Source: Spirochaetaceae bacterium (GTDB taxonomy: Bacteria; Spirochaetota; Spirochaetia; DSM-2461). From it: a stretch of DNA of 64,000 nucleotides. Numbering within the stretch: the first letter of the stretch is position 1; each line of letters begins with the position of its first letter. A model generated the notes under the pieces. The model did no database searches. It saw nothing but the letters and a program-made list of their open reading frames with translations, and had not been told where the DNA came from. Below, in pieces: positions 29,145 through 38,969 of this stretch. The stretch lies in the NCBI GenBank assembly GCA_051531975.1, contig JAOPTT010000016.1, positions 24,831 through 88,830 of the forward strand, in the 5' to 3' direction. A program made the position numbers and the translations under genes.

Positions 29145-30554
29145 ATGAATAAAAGAAAACAAACGAAAATTGTAGCAACAATTTCGGATTTAAATTGTAG
29201 TGTTGAATTTTTAACTACACTTTACAAAAATGGAATGAATGTTGTTAGGCTTAACACTGCTCATCAATCACACGATGGATCATTATTAGTTATTGATAAT
29301 GTTAGGAAAGTTGCAAACGATATCCCTCTGTTAATTGATACTAAGGGACCAGAAGTTAGAACTTTTAACATTGGTAAAGAAGGTTTACCTGTAGAAGAAG
29401 GCGAGATTATAGCTATTGGAGCTGATCTTGGTGATGAGAAAGGATTCTTTACAAATTATGATGGATTTGTTGGTGACATTCCTGTTGGAGCTGATGTTCT
29501 AATTGACGATGGTGAAACAGCAATGGTTGTTGTTGAAAAAACTGATAAAAAACTTATGGTGAAGATTTTAAACAGTGGTGTTATTAAAAATAAGAAAAGT
29601 ATTAACACACCTGGTGTTCATTTAGAGTTACCATCAATTTCTGAAAAAGATGCAGAATATATCAAGTTTGCTGCAGAGCATAATGTTGAATTTATTGCTC
29701 ACTCTTTTGTTAGAAATGGTCAAGATGTTAAAGATGTTCAGGCACTTTTAGATGCTGCTGGTTCTGGTGCAAAAATCATTGCAAAAATTGAGAACCGTGA
29801 GGGTGTTGATAATTTAGAAGAAATTCTAGATGAGTGTTATGGAGTTATGATTGCAAGGGGTGACCTTGGAATTGAGATCCCAGCTCAAGAAGTACCAGCT
29901 ATTCAAAAAGAGATGATTAGAGCATGTATTAGAAGAGCTAAGCCAGTTATTACTGCTACTCAGATGTTACATACAATGATTGATAATCCAAGACCTACTA
30001 GAGCGGAAGTAAGTGATGTTGCTAATGCAGTTTTTGACGGAACTGATGCTTTAATGTTAAGTGGTGAGACTGCATATGGTAAATATCCATTAGAATCAGT
30101 ACAAACTATGAATAAAATTGCACTTGAAATTGAAGCACATACTCCAGATTTAAGTGATGCTCCAGTTATTAGTTCATTTAACCATGTGAGAAACTTCTTA
30201 GCTAAAAAAGCTGTAGAAGCTACTAGTGAGTTACCAATAAAGTCGACTATTGTTTGTGCAAAGACAGGTTCTTCTGCAAGAATAGTTGCGTCATATAGAG
30301 GTAAATTACCTACTTTTGTTAAATGTATGCACGAAGATGTAATGAAAACATTATCTCTTACATATGGTGTTTATGCATCAACAATTGAAGAGTGTGAACA
30401 TAGAGATGAATTAGTTTCTAAAGCACTTCAATCTTTAATTGATTCAAAATCAATTGACCCAGAAGATGAAGTTGTTATTTTAGCTGGAACACCTGGAGAT
30501 AATGACAAAGCACCTGAATTTATTCAGATTGCTATAGCAAAAGACTGTATTTAA
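29145..30554 (+). CDS. pyk: pyruvate kinase
   Basis: TKIVAT, DTKGPEVRT, IIAKIEN, ARGDLGIE, ATQML, RPTRAEVSDVANA. Confidence 0.98.
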   Translation: MNKRKQTKIVATISDLNCSVEFLTTLYKNGMNVVRLNTAHQSHDGSLLVIDNVRKVANDIPLLIDTKGPEVRTFNIGKEGLPVEEGEIIAIGADLGDEKGFFTNYDGFVGDIPVGADVLIDDGETAMVVVEKTDKKLMVKILNSGVIKNKKSINTPGVHLELPSISEKDAEYIKFAAEHNVEFIAHSFVRNGQDVKDVQALLDAAGSGAKIIAKIENREGVDNLEEILDECYGVMIARGDLGIEIPAQEVPAIQKEMIRACIRRAKPVITATQMLHTMIDNPRPTRAEVSDVANAVFDGTDALMLSGETAYGKYPLESVQTMNKIALEIEAHTPDLSDAPVISSFNHVRNFLAKKAVEATSELPIKSTIVCAKTGSSARIVASYRGKLPTFVKCMHEDVMKTLSLTYGVYASTIEECEHRDELVSKALQSLIDSKSIDPEDEVVILAGTPGDNDKAPEFIQIAIAKDCI

Positions 30555-30580
30555 TTTTAAAAAATAGTTGCATTAATATT

Positions 30581-30610
30581 TGCCTCTACTTATTATTATG
30601 AGTAGAGGTA
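30581..30610 (+). terminator. hairpin after pyk, overlapping the next promoter and SD
   Basis: TGCCTCTACTTA-6 nt-TGAGTAGAGGTA. Confidence 0.6.
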
Positions 30611-30616
30611 ATATTT

Positions 30617-30970
30617 ATGACTCAAGAGAAAGATAAATATTTAAAAATATTTAAAATAGAATTAACAAATCTTATCGATGACGTTTCTGCGTTGATTAAT
30701 TATGAAAAAGAATTACATGAATCAAGAGCTCACTCAAATTTTGTCTACTTAGAGAATCTAGTAGTACTTAAAGACGAAATAATGGGGATTAACGGTATTT
30801 TAGGGCATATTGATGATATGGCTAATGAACTTGATGATACTAATTATATAGATGATCTATTAGTATCAATAGAGAGTTTTATACAAAAAAGGGGCTATCC
30901 TATGGCCGTCTTTGATCTAATTAAAGGGAAAGTAAAAAGAATAGAATCTATTAGAGATATTTATATCTAA
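30617..30970 (+). CDS. hypothetical protein
   Basis: 117 aa helical ORF with SD AGAGGT. Confidence 0.6.
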   Translation: MTQEKDKYLKIFKIELTNLIDDVSALINYEKELHESRAHSNFVYLENLVVLKDEIMGINGILGHIDDMANELDDTNYIDDLLVSIESFIQKRGYPMAVFDLIKGKVKRIESIRDIYI

Positions 30971-30979
30971 GAATATCAC

Positions 30980-31008
30980 TTGATATTAAACTTTTCTGGT
31001 ATTAAAAT
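30980..31008 (+). promoter_or_regulatory. sigma70 promoter of V-ATPase operon
   Basis: TTGATA-17-TAAAAT. Confidence 0.6.
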
Positions 31009-31080
31009 GTTAATAATTTTAATGTATATCATTATACAAATATATATTATTTGAACTTATAATAGAAATTGGAGGAATTC

Positions 31081-31692
31081 ATGGATGTTCAATTAAAAGA
31101 ACTAATTGACAAAATAAAGATTGACGGTGTTAAAAGTGCCGAAGATAGTGCTAAAACTATAATTGCTGAAGCAGAAAAAAAAGCTGATCAAATTGTCAGT
31201 AATGCTGAAAAAAAAGCTAATGATGTTAAAGAAAGTGCTTTGGCAGAAGCTGAAGTTTCAAAGCAAGCTGGTATTAGTGCTGTTAAGCAATCTGCAAGAG
31301 ATCTAGTTATTGATCTAAAGAAAGAAATTGAAGGTATTTTTGATAGTCTAATTAAGACTGAAACTACTGAATCTTTAAAAGGTGATGAATTGGCTAATGC
31401 CATAGTTGCTGTTCTAGGAAATTGGAATAAAGATGACGTTTCTGACTTAAAAGTTTTACTTCCTAGTTCAGAAGAAGAGAATGTTAAAAAATCAATTATA
31501 AAGAAATTTTCTGATGCAGTTAAAGCTGGACTTGAAATTAAACCTCAAGAGGGTTTAGATGCTGGTTTTAAATTATCTGAAAAAGATGGAAATGTTTATT
31601 ATGATTTCACTGCAGAGGGTGTTGGTCAGATGATGGCTGAATATTTAAGTCCTCAGTTAGCTGAAATTGTTAAGGACGTAAAGGAGAGTTAG
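31081..31692 (+). CDS. V/A-type ATP synthase subunit E
   Basis: MDVQLKELIDKIK.DGV; first gene of operon; ATG 31081 after GGAGG. Confidence 0.88.
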   Translation: MDVQLKELIDKIKIDGVKSAEDSAKTIIAEAEKKADQIVSNAEKKANDVKESALAEAEVSKQAGISAVKQSARDLVIDLKKEIEGIFDSLIKTETTESLKGDELANAIVAVLGNWNKDDVSDLKVLLPSSEEENVKKSIIKKFSDAVKAGLEIKPQEGLDAGFKLSEKDGNVYYDFTAEGVGQMMAEYLSPQLAEIVKDVKES

Positions 31693-31695
31693 GAT

Positions 31696-32253
31696 ATGAG
31701 TCAGTATTATTTTACTGCAGCGTCATTACCTCTTTTGTCTATTGATAGTAAACCTAGTATTACTGTAGATTCATTTTTAAGTACTTGTGAATTACATCTT
31801 ACTGATTCGGACTATAATATACTAAAAAATAGTAGTATTAGAGTTCCAGAAGATGAAGATGCACTTAGTGGTGTTTCAAAAGAATGTTGGGATTGGGAAA
31901 AATCTTTACGGAATGAGTTAGTAAAATTACGTGCCGGGAAAATGGAACTTTCTTCTGAAGCTTATTTAAGAGAAGGAGATCCAGCATTTGGTACAGGCAG
32001 AATTGCAGCTGAAGCTATAAAATGTGAATCGCCATTAGAAGCAGAAAATTTTTTAAATGCTTCAAGATTAGCTTTTTTAGATACACTTTCTGTTGGGCAT
32101 TATTTTGATTTAACTTTCTTAGTAATTTACTATTTGAAACTTCAACTTTTTGATAGAGTTTCACTGTTTGATAGTGAAAAAGGTTTTGAAAAATATCAAG
32201 AAATATATAAAAATATACTTACAGCTTACGAAGCTGGGGGAACGGGGATATAG
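31696..32253 (+). CDS. V-type ATPase subunit C-like (DUF2764)
   Basis: YYF.ASLP.L, WE..LRNEL...RA, operon position. Confidence 0.8.
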   Translation: MSQYYFTAASLPLLSIDSKPSITVDSFLSTCELHLTDSDYNILKNSSIRVPEDEDALSGVSKECWDWEKSLRNELVKLRAGKMELSSEAYLREGDPAFGTGRIAAEAIKCESPLEAENFLNASRLAFLDTLSVGHYFDLTFLVIYYLKLQLFDRVSLFDSEKGFEKYQEIYKNILTAYEAGGTGI

Positions 32254-34020
32254 ATGAAAAGTGCAGGAAAAGTCATTGGTGTTAATGGTAATATGGTTAC
32301 AGTAGAAGTAACCGGAACTGTTTCCATGAATGAAGTAGGTTACATTCTTGTAGATGGAAAAAGACTAAAGTCTGAGGTTATTAGAATCTTGGGTAATAGT
32401 TGTCAAATGCAAGTTTTTGAGATGACAAAAGGAACTAGAATTGGTGATGAAGTAGAATTTTCAAACGAACTTCTAGCTGTTGAGTTAGGTCCCGGTTTAT
32501 TAAAGCAGGTATATGATGGTTTACAAAACCCTCTACCTGAATTAGCTGAAGCGGCTGGATTCTTTTTAGAAAGAGGGATCTATTTAAAAGCCTTAGATCG
32601 TAAAGTAGAGTGGGAATTTACACCTATTTCAAGTATTGGTGACATTGTTGAAAAAGCTGATACTTTAGGAACTGTCCCTGAAGGACCATTTACACATCAA
32701 ATAATGGTACCATTTAATTTATTAAAAAAATATAAAGTTAAAACAATTGTTTCTGCTGGTAAGTATAAAGTAGATGATGTTGTTGCAGAACTAGAAGATG
32801 ATAAAGGTAATGTTATACCTGTAAAAATGTACTTCGAATGGCCTGTTAAAAGGGCTATTAAATGTTATGAAGAGCGACTAAAGCCTACTAAACCAATGAT
32901 TACTAAAGTTCGACTTATTGATACTTTCTTACCTGTTGCTCTAGGTGGTACATATTGTATTCCTGGACCATTTGGTGCTGGTAAAACTGTTTTACAACAG
33001 GTTACAAGTAAAAATGCAGAAGTTGATATTGTAATAGTTGCAGCATGTGGTGAGCGTGCAGGTGAGGTTGTTGAAACACTTAAGGAATTCCCTGAGTTAA
33101 TTGACCCTAAAACTGGTAAGTCCTTAATGGAAAGAACAGTTATTATTTGTAATACTTCTTCAATGCCGGTAGCATCAAGAGAAGCATCTGTATATACAGC
33201 TGTTACAATTGGTGAATACTATCGTCAGATGGGATTAAACGTATTACTTTTAGCTGACTCAACATCAAGATGGGCTCAAGCAATGAGAGAGATGTCTGGT
33301 CGTCTAGAAGAGATTCCTGGTGAAGAGGCATTCCCAGCATATTTAGAATCTGTTATTGCAGGTTTTTATGAAAGAGCTGGTATTGTTAGACTTAAAGGTG
33401 GAAAAGAAGGTTCTGTTACTATTGGTGGAACAGTATCTCCAGCTGGTGGTAACTTTGAGGAACCTGTAACACAAGCAACTTTAAAAGTTGTTGGTGCATT
33501 TCATGGTTTAAGCAGAGAGAGATCAGATGCTAGAAAGTATCCTGCAATTGACCCAATGGAATCTTGGAGTAAATATCCAAGTGTATTAAACGCTGCTGGT
33601 GTAGATTATGCTAGAAAGATTTTATTTAGAGGTGGCGAAATTGAATCAATGATGAAAGTTGTTGGTGAAGAGGGTACTGCTATAGATGATTATATTATCT
33701 ATCTTAAATCTGACTTTTTAGATTCAGTTTATTTACAACAAAACTCATTTGATCCAATTGATGCTGCTGTAATAGTAGAAAGACAGAAACATATCTTTAA
33801 ATATATATTAGAAATTATGGGCGCACAGTTCTCATTTGAGAGTAAGAACGAAGCAAGAACCTACTTTAACGCACTTAGACAGGCATTTATTGATTATAAT
33901 GGTGTTGAATGGGAAACTGATGAATTCTTCAAACGTGAGAAAACTATGTTAGCGACCTTAAATGAGAAAAAAGTAGGTTTAGATAGTATTGCTGCTGAAC
34001 TTATTCAGGAAGAGGTGTAG
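32254..34020 (+). CDS. V/A-type ATP synthase subunit A
   Basis: GPFGAGKT P-loop, [28 protein letters not shown]; no intein. Confidence 0.97.
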   Translation: MKSAGKVIGVNGNMVTVEVTGTVSMNEVGYILVDGKRLKSEVIRILGNSCQMQVFEMTKGTRIGDEVEFSNELLAVELGPGLLKQVYDGLQNPLPELAEAAGFFLERGIYLKALDRKVEWEFTPISSIGDIVEKADTLGTVPEGPFTHQIMVPFNLLKKYKVKTIVSAGKYKVDDVVAELEDDKGNVIPVKMYFEWPVKRAIKCYEERLKPTKPMITKVRLIDTFLPVALGGTYCIPGPFGAGKTVLQQVTSKNAEVDIVIVAACGERAGEVVETLKEFPELIDPKTGKSLMERTVIICNTSSMPVASREASVYTAVTIGEYYRQMGLNVLLLADSTSRWAQAMREMSGRLEEIPGEEAFPAYLESVIAGFYERAGIVRLKGGKEGSVTIGGTVSPAGGNFEEPVTQATLKVVGAFHGLSRERSDARKYPAIDPMESWSKYPSVLNAAGVDYARKILFRGGEIESMMKVVGEEGTAIDDYIIYLKSDFLDSVYLQQNSFDPIDAAVIVERQKHIFKYILEIMGAQFSFESKNEARTYFNALRQAFIDYNGVEWETDEFFKREKTMLATLNEKKVGLDSIAAELIQEEV

Positions 34021-34025
34021 CTGAT

Positions 34026-35324
34026 ATGAGAAAAGTATATAGTAAAATAGAAACTATTGCCGGAAACGTTATTTCAGTAAAAGCTGAAGGTGTTCAATAC
34101 GGTGAGTTAGCAAATGTATCTACAGCTTATGGTGATACTCTTGCTGAAGTTATTAAGTTAGATGGAGATTTAGTTTCCATGCAAGTTTTTGCTGGTGGTA
34201 GAGGTATCTCTACTGGTGATGAAGTACGATTTTTAGGTGATCCTATGAGGGTTTCATTTTCAGATAATCTTCAAGGTCGGATTTTTGACGGATCAGGTAA
34301 ACCAAGAGATAATGGTCCTGAGTTAACAGATAACCTTATAACAATTGGTGGACCTTCTGTTAATCCTGCAAAAAGAATTATACCTAGAAATATGATTAGA
34401 ACTGGTATTCCTATGATTGACCTTTTTAATACTTTGGTTGAGTCACAGAAATTACCTATATTTTCAGTTTCTGGAGAGCCTTATAATCAGTTACTTTCAA
34501 GAATTGCTATGCAAGCTGAAGTAGATCTAATTATATTAGGTGGAATGGGACTTAAATACGATGATTACCTTTTCTTTAAAGAAGAGTTAGAAAACGGTGG
34601 TGCCATGAGTAGAACAATTATGTTTGTTCATACTGCATCTGATCCAGTTGTAGAGTCGTTAATGGTTCCAGATATTTCATTGGCTGTTGCTGAAAAATTT
34701 GCCTTACAAGGGAAGAAAGTATTAGTTCTTTTGACTGATATGACAAACTTTGCTGATGCAATGAAAGAAATTGCTATTACTCAAGAGCAAGTTCCTTCAA
34801 ACAGGGGTTATCCTGGAGATCTGTACTCTCAGTTAGCTTCAAGATATGAAAAAGCTGTAGACTTTGAAGGTGCAGGGTCAATAACCATATTAGGTGTTAC
34901 TACAATGCCTGGTGATGATGTTACCCACCCAGTTCCAGATAATACAGGTTATATTACTGAGGGACAATACTATTTAAAGAACGGAAGAATTGAGCCATTT
35001 GGTTCTCTTTCTAGACTTAAGCAACAGGTTAATGACAAAACTAGAGATGATCATAGAGCAATAATGGATGGTATGATTAAATTATACGCTGCTTATAAAT
35101 CTTCTCTTGAAAAGAAATCTATGGGTTTCAATATGTCAGCTTGGGATGAAAAACTACTTAAATATGGAGAGCAATTTGAAAAGGGTATGATGGATTTATC
35201 TGTTAATATTCCTTTAGAAAAAGCTTTAGATTTAGGTTGGGAAATAATGTCTTCTTGTTTTGAAAAAGAAGAAACAGGTCTTAAAACTGACTTAATTAAT
35301 CAGTATTGGCCAAAGGATAAGTAG
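34026..35324 (+). CDS. V/A-type ATP synthase subunit B
   Basis: [34 protein letters not shown]. Confidence 0.97.
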   Translation: MRKVYSKIETIAGNVISVKAEGVQYGELANVSTAYGDTLAEVIKLDGDLVSMQVFAGGRGISTGDEVRFLGDPMRVSFSDNLQGRIFDGSGKPRDNGPELTDNLITIGGPSVNPAKRIIPRNMIRTGIPMIDLFNTLVESQKLPIFSVSGEPYNQLLSRIAMQAEVDLIILGGMGLKYDDYLFFKEELENGGAMSRTIMFVHTASDPVVESLMVPDISLAVAEKFALQGKKVLVLLTDMTNFADAMKEIAITQEQVPSNRGYPGDLYSQLASRYEKAVDFEGAGSITILGVTTMPGDDVTHPVPDNTGYITEGQYYLKNGRIEPFGSLSRLKQQVNDKTRDDHRAIMDGMIKLYAAYKSSLEKKSMGFNMSAWDEKLLKYGEQFEKGMMDLSVNIPLEKALDLGWEIMSSCFEKEETGLKTDLINQYWPKDK

Positions 35325-35327
35325 AGA

Positions 35328-35927
35328 ATGGCTAAGGTAAAGCTTACTAAAAATGAGCAAAAAAAACAAAAAGATGCTCTTAAAATGTATTCGCGATATC
35401 TACCAACTCTTATTCTTAAAAAGCAACAGCTTCAGATGGAAATTAGAACTGTGGAGCTGAAAGTTAAAGATGTGGAGGAGAAAATCTCCGCAATTAACGA
35501 AGAGTTTAAAACATGGATAGGTGTTTTTGGTGAAGACGTTGGTCTTGACGGAGACCTTATTAGGGTTAAACGAATTGTTACAGAGAATGGTAATATTGCC
35601 GGTGTTAATATCCCCATTTTTAAAGGTGCAGAATTTGAAGATATTTCATACGATCTGTTTTTGATGCCACTTTGGGTAGATAAAGCGATTGAGAAATTGA
35701 AACAAGTTATGCTTTTAGATCTAGAGATTAAAGTTCTTAGAGAACAGGCTAAACTACTTGAGAAGGAACTTAGAATTACTACTCAGAGAGTTAACCTATT
35801 TGAGAAGGTAAAAATACCTGAAACTAAGAGTAATATTAAAAAAATTGCAGTATATCTTGGAGACCAACAGACAGCTTCTGTTGTCCGAGGTAAAATTGCA
35901 AAGAAAAAATTGGTAAAGGTGTCTTAG
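35328..35927 (+). CDS. V/A-type ATP synthase subunit D
   Basis: LPTL.LKK, ELRITTQRVNLFEKVKIP. Confidence 0.95.
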   Translation: MAKVKLTKNEQKKQKDALKMYSRYLPTLILKKQQLQMEIRTVELKVKDVEEKISAINEEFKTWIGVFGEDVGLDGDLIRVKRIVTENGNIAGVNIPIFKGAEFEDISYDLFLMPLWVDKAIEKLKQVMLLDLEIKVLREQAKLLEKELRITTQRVNLFEKVKIPETKSNIKKIAVYLGDQQTASVVRGKIAKKKLVKVS

Positions 35928-35928
35928 T

Positions 35929-37716
35929 ATGATTGCTCCGATGAAGAAAGTGTCCATAGTATTATTGGATAAAGAAAAACAAGATTCATTAAAGCGTCTA
36001 AAAAAACTAGGTCTTGTCCACCTTAGTGAAAATTTTGGCTCTAGTGATGATGTAAAAGCTTTAGAAGAAAAGATAAAGAATATCGAATCTGTTTTAAGGT
36101 TTACAGACGAATCATTAGCTGATGAAACATTAAGTTTTGATGTTAATGAAATAGAATCTGTAATTGATAAGATTAGTGAAATTGGTAAAGGGGTAGCTCA
36201 ACTAGAAGAGAAAGAATCTAAGTTTAATAGAGATATTGAAGTTTTAGAACCTTGGGGAGAGTTTAATCCGTCAGATATAAAAGTATTAGAAGAGAAAGGT
36301 GTTAAAATAACACTTCTTGAATTGTCTAAAAAAGAATTTTCTTCAATACCATCTGATGTTAATGTCTTTACTATAGATAAAAATAAAACCGCTACATTGG
36401 TAGCTGTTGTTGGTGATTGCCCTGACGGGTATACCGAATTTACTCTACCTGAACTTGGTTTGGAAGATACAATAGGATCTTTAGAACTTATTTTAGATGA
36501 AGTTGATCAAAAGAATATTGTTTTAAAAGAGTTATCTGTCAATCATAATCTTCTTTTAACATTTAAAGAATTAATTGAAGATCAGTTAGAGTTTGAGAAA
36601 GTTAAAGCTGGTATGGGTTATGATGATAAATTTTCAGTTTTAGATGGTTGGCTTCCAACTTCTAAAATTGATAAGTTTAAAAAACTTGCAGCAGATTCTG
36701 GTTGGGGTATAGCAATATCTGATCCAGTTAGTGGAGATGATACACCAACTCTTTTAAAAGGGAATAAAATTACATCAATGATTCACCCATTATTAGACTT
36801 TTTAGGAAATGTTCCAGGTTATTGGGAGAAGGATGTAAGTAGTTTTTTCCTTATATTTTTCACAATCTTCTTTGCCATGATTATTGGTGATGCAGGGTAC
36901 GGAATTGTATTTATTGTTTTTACTTTCATTGCACAAATGAAAATGAAAAAAATAAACAATGCACTCCGACTCTTTTATGTTATCTCTGGTGCCACAGTAT
37001 TGTGGGGTGCCGTAACAGGTAACTGGTTTGGTTCTAATATGATTAAAGGTATACCATTTTTTAATGGTTTTATTTTAAGTCAGCTAGATTCAGATAGGGA
37101 GATAATGGAACTTTGTTTTCATATAGCTGTAGTTCATCTAGTATTAGCTAGGTTTATAGCTTTTGTAAAAGATATGAAAGATGGTAAATTAAGTGGAATT
37201 GCAAACCTTGGTTGGTTAGCGATGATATGTGGTTTACTATTTATAGTTAAAAATCTGGTTATTAGTCCAGTAGACTTTCCAATTCCAACTTTTGCATTAA
37301 TTGCGATAGCTGTAGGTTTTGGTATGGTTGTAATATTTGGAAACCAAGAGAAGGGTAAAAACTTTGCAAAAGGGGTAGGTGTTAGTTTAGCATTTAGTCC
37401 ATTAACAGCATTAGATACTGTTGGAGCATTTGGTGATATTATATCATATGTTAGATTGTATGCTGTTGGTTTAGCAGGTTTCGCTGTAGCTCAAAGTTTT
37501 AATGGTATGGCTGCTCCATTACTTGAAGGTGGTGGGTTTGGTTATGTCGGAGGTGCACTAATATTGTTAGGTGGTCATGCGTTTAATATTGCAATGGCAG
37601 CGTTATCTGTATTAGTCCACGGTGTTAGACTAAATGTTCTGGAGTTCTCATCTCATGCAGATGTTAACTGGACTGGAAAGAAATTTAGCCCTTTTAGGGA
37701 AAAAGAAATTATATAA
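35929..37716 (+). CDS. V/A-type ATP synthase subunit I
   Basis: MIAPMKKV, FFAMIIGDAGYG, DIISYVRLYAVGLA, HGVRLNVLEF. Confidence 0.95.
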   Translation: MIAPMKKVSIVLLDKEKQDSLKRLKKLGLVHLSENFGSSDDVKALEEKIKNIESVLRFTDESLADETLSFDVNEIESVIDKISEIGKGVAQLEEKESKFNRDIEVLEPWGEFNPSDIKVLEEKGVKITLLELSKKEFSSIPSDVNVFTIDKNKTATLVAVVGDCPDGYTEFTLPELGLEDTIGSLELILDEVDQKNIVLKELSVNHNLLLTFKELIEDQLEFEKVKAGMGYDDKFSVLDGWLPTSKIDKFKKLAADSGWGIAISDPVSGDDTPTLLKGNKITSMIHPLLDFLGNVPGYWEKDVSSFFLIFFTIFFAMIIGDAGYGIVFIVFTFIAQMKMKKINNALRLFYVISGATVLWGAVTGNWFGSNMIKGIPFFNGFILSQLDSDREIMELCFHIAVVHLVLARFIAFVKDMKDGKLSGIANLGWLAMICGLLFIVKNLVISPVDFPIPTFALIAIAVGFGMVVIFGNQEKGKNFAKGVGVSLAFSPLTALDTVGAFGDIISYVRLYAVGLAGFAVAQSFNGMAAPLLEGGGFGYVGGALILLGGHAFNIAMAALSVLVHGVRLNVLEFSSHADVNWTGKKFSPFREKEII

Positions 37717-37738
37717 AGATAGGGTCAAGGAGAATAAA

Positions 37739-38167
37739 ATGGATTTAAATTACGGATTTTTAGGATTTGCAGCTGCATTAAGTTTAGCAGGTGTTGGTTC
37801 AGCTTTTGGAATGGGTTATGCAGGTCAAGCAGCAATTGGTGCATGGAAGAAGTGTTTTGCAACTGGTAAACCTGCTCCATTTACACTAATTGTATTTGTT
37901 GGTGCGCCACTTACTCAGGTTTTCTACGGAATGATTCTTATGAATGCTATCTTAGCATCTAGTGTTGACCCTGCAAAAATGTTAGCAGCCGGTCTATTTG
38001 GTGGTTTAGCAATGGGTGCTTCAGCATTGATGCAAGGTAAAGCTGGAGCAAGTGCTGCAGATGCTTTAGCAGAGACTGGTAAAGGTTTTACTAACTATAT
38101 CATGGTTGTTGGTCTTATTGAGACAGTTGCACTATTTGCAATGGTTTTCTTAATGGGTACAGTTTAA
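37739..38167 (+). CDS. V/A-type ATP synthase subunit K (4-TM proteolipid)
   Basis: GSAFG, PLTQVFYG, MQGK, IETVALF; start ATG 37739 after AAGGAG. Confidence 0.95.
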   Translation: MDLNYGFLGFAAALSLAGVGSAFGMGYAGQAAIGAWKKCFATGKPAPFTLIVFVGAPLTQVFYGMILMNAILASSVDPAKMLAAGLFGGLAMGASALMQGKAGASAADALAETGKGFTNYIMVVGLIETVALFAMVFLMGTV

Positions 38168-38190
38168 TATTAATATAATTTAGTTTTATT

Positions 38191-38222
38191 AAGGTACAGG
38201 TTTTAACCTGTACCTTTTTTTT
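38191..38222 (+). terminator. intrinsic terminator of ATPase operon
   Basis: AAGGTACAGGTT-TT-AACCTGTACCTT plus T tract. Confidence 0.9.
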
Positions 38223-38303
38223 ATTAATTTTTTATTAATTTGATTTATTTTGCAATATGACGGATAATAAATTATTAAGATTTAAAAATAATTGGAGAAT
38301 AAA

Positions 38304-38873
38304 ATGAAAGAGTTTAAAATTAATGTATTTATATCAGAGGGCTGTAGATTAACGCAGAGATCCTCAGAGAAATTAGTGACTAATGCCGAAGATATATTTA
38401 TGAATAATGGTTTTAATGTATCATTCAAGATAGATAAAACAACTTATATAGAAAAGATTTTAGATAATGGTATTTCTATATTTGATTTTAATATGAATAA
38501 AGATTTAGATGATAATGATCTAGTTAGCGATGATCCTCATATTATATCAGTAGAAAAACATAAACAATTAAATCTATTTCCTCATAACGATACAATCAAC
38601 TTAGTTTTAGTAAAAAGTTTACATGATTCAGGTATCGATTCATGGCCTCATACTGCTACTTTTAAAAATACTAATACTATATTTGTTTCTGAAAGTTGTT
38701 ATGAGTCATCTCTTGCACATAGTTTACTTAATCATTTTGGAGTAAATGATCAGTATCACGATCCCAATTGTCTATCGTATGGTAGTGATTGTCTAAGAAA
38801 AGATACTTTGATGAGTGAAGACGAAAAGTTGATTTTGAGTGAAGAATTGACTGAAAACTTAACAACAGTATAA
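38304..38873 (+). CDS. hypothetical protein, degenerate zincin-like
   Basis: SLAHSLLNHFGVNDQYHDPNCLSY resembles the metzincin HExxHxxGxxH/Met-turn region with key residues changed. Confidence 0.55.
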   Translation: MKEFKINVFISEGCRLTQRSSEKLVTNAEDIFMNNGFNVSFKIDKTTYIEKILDNGISIFDFNMNKDLDDNDLVSDDPHIISVEKHKQLNLFPHNDTINLVLVKSLHDSGIDSWPHTATFKNTNTIFVSESCYESSLAHSLLNHFGVNDQYHDPNCLSYGSDCLRKDTLMSEDEKLILSEELTENLTTV

Positions 38874-38903
38874 AAAAAAAGCTCCGTTAAGGAGCTTTTT
38901 TTT
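38872..38903. terminator. bidirectional intrinsic terminator
   Basis: A9-GCTCC-GTTAA-GGAGC-T8. Confidence 0.85.
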
Positions 38904-38912
38904 ATTTAAGTA

Positions 38913-38965
38913 AAACTTCAATTAAGAAGTTGTATATTTTTTTGAATAAACTTCAATTAAGAAGT
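38913..38965. repeat. two copies of 18-bp AAACTTCAATTAAGAAGT, period 35 bp
   Basis: Copies at 38913-38930 and 38948-38965; each holds an ACTTC-N6-GAAGT inverted repeat. Confidence 0.8.
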
Positions 38966-38969
38966 CTTT

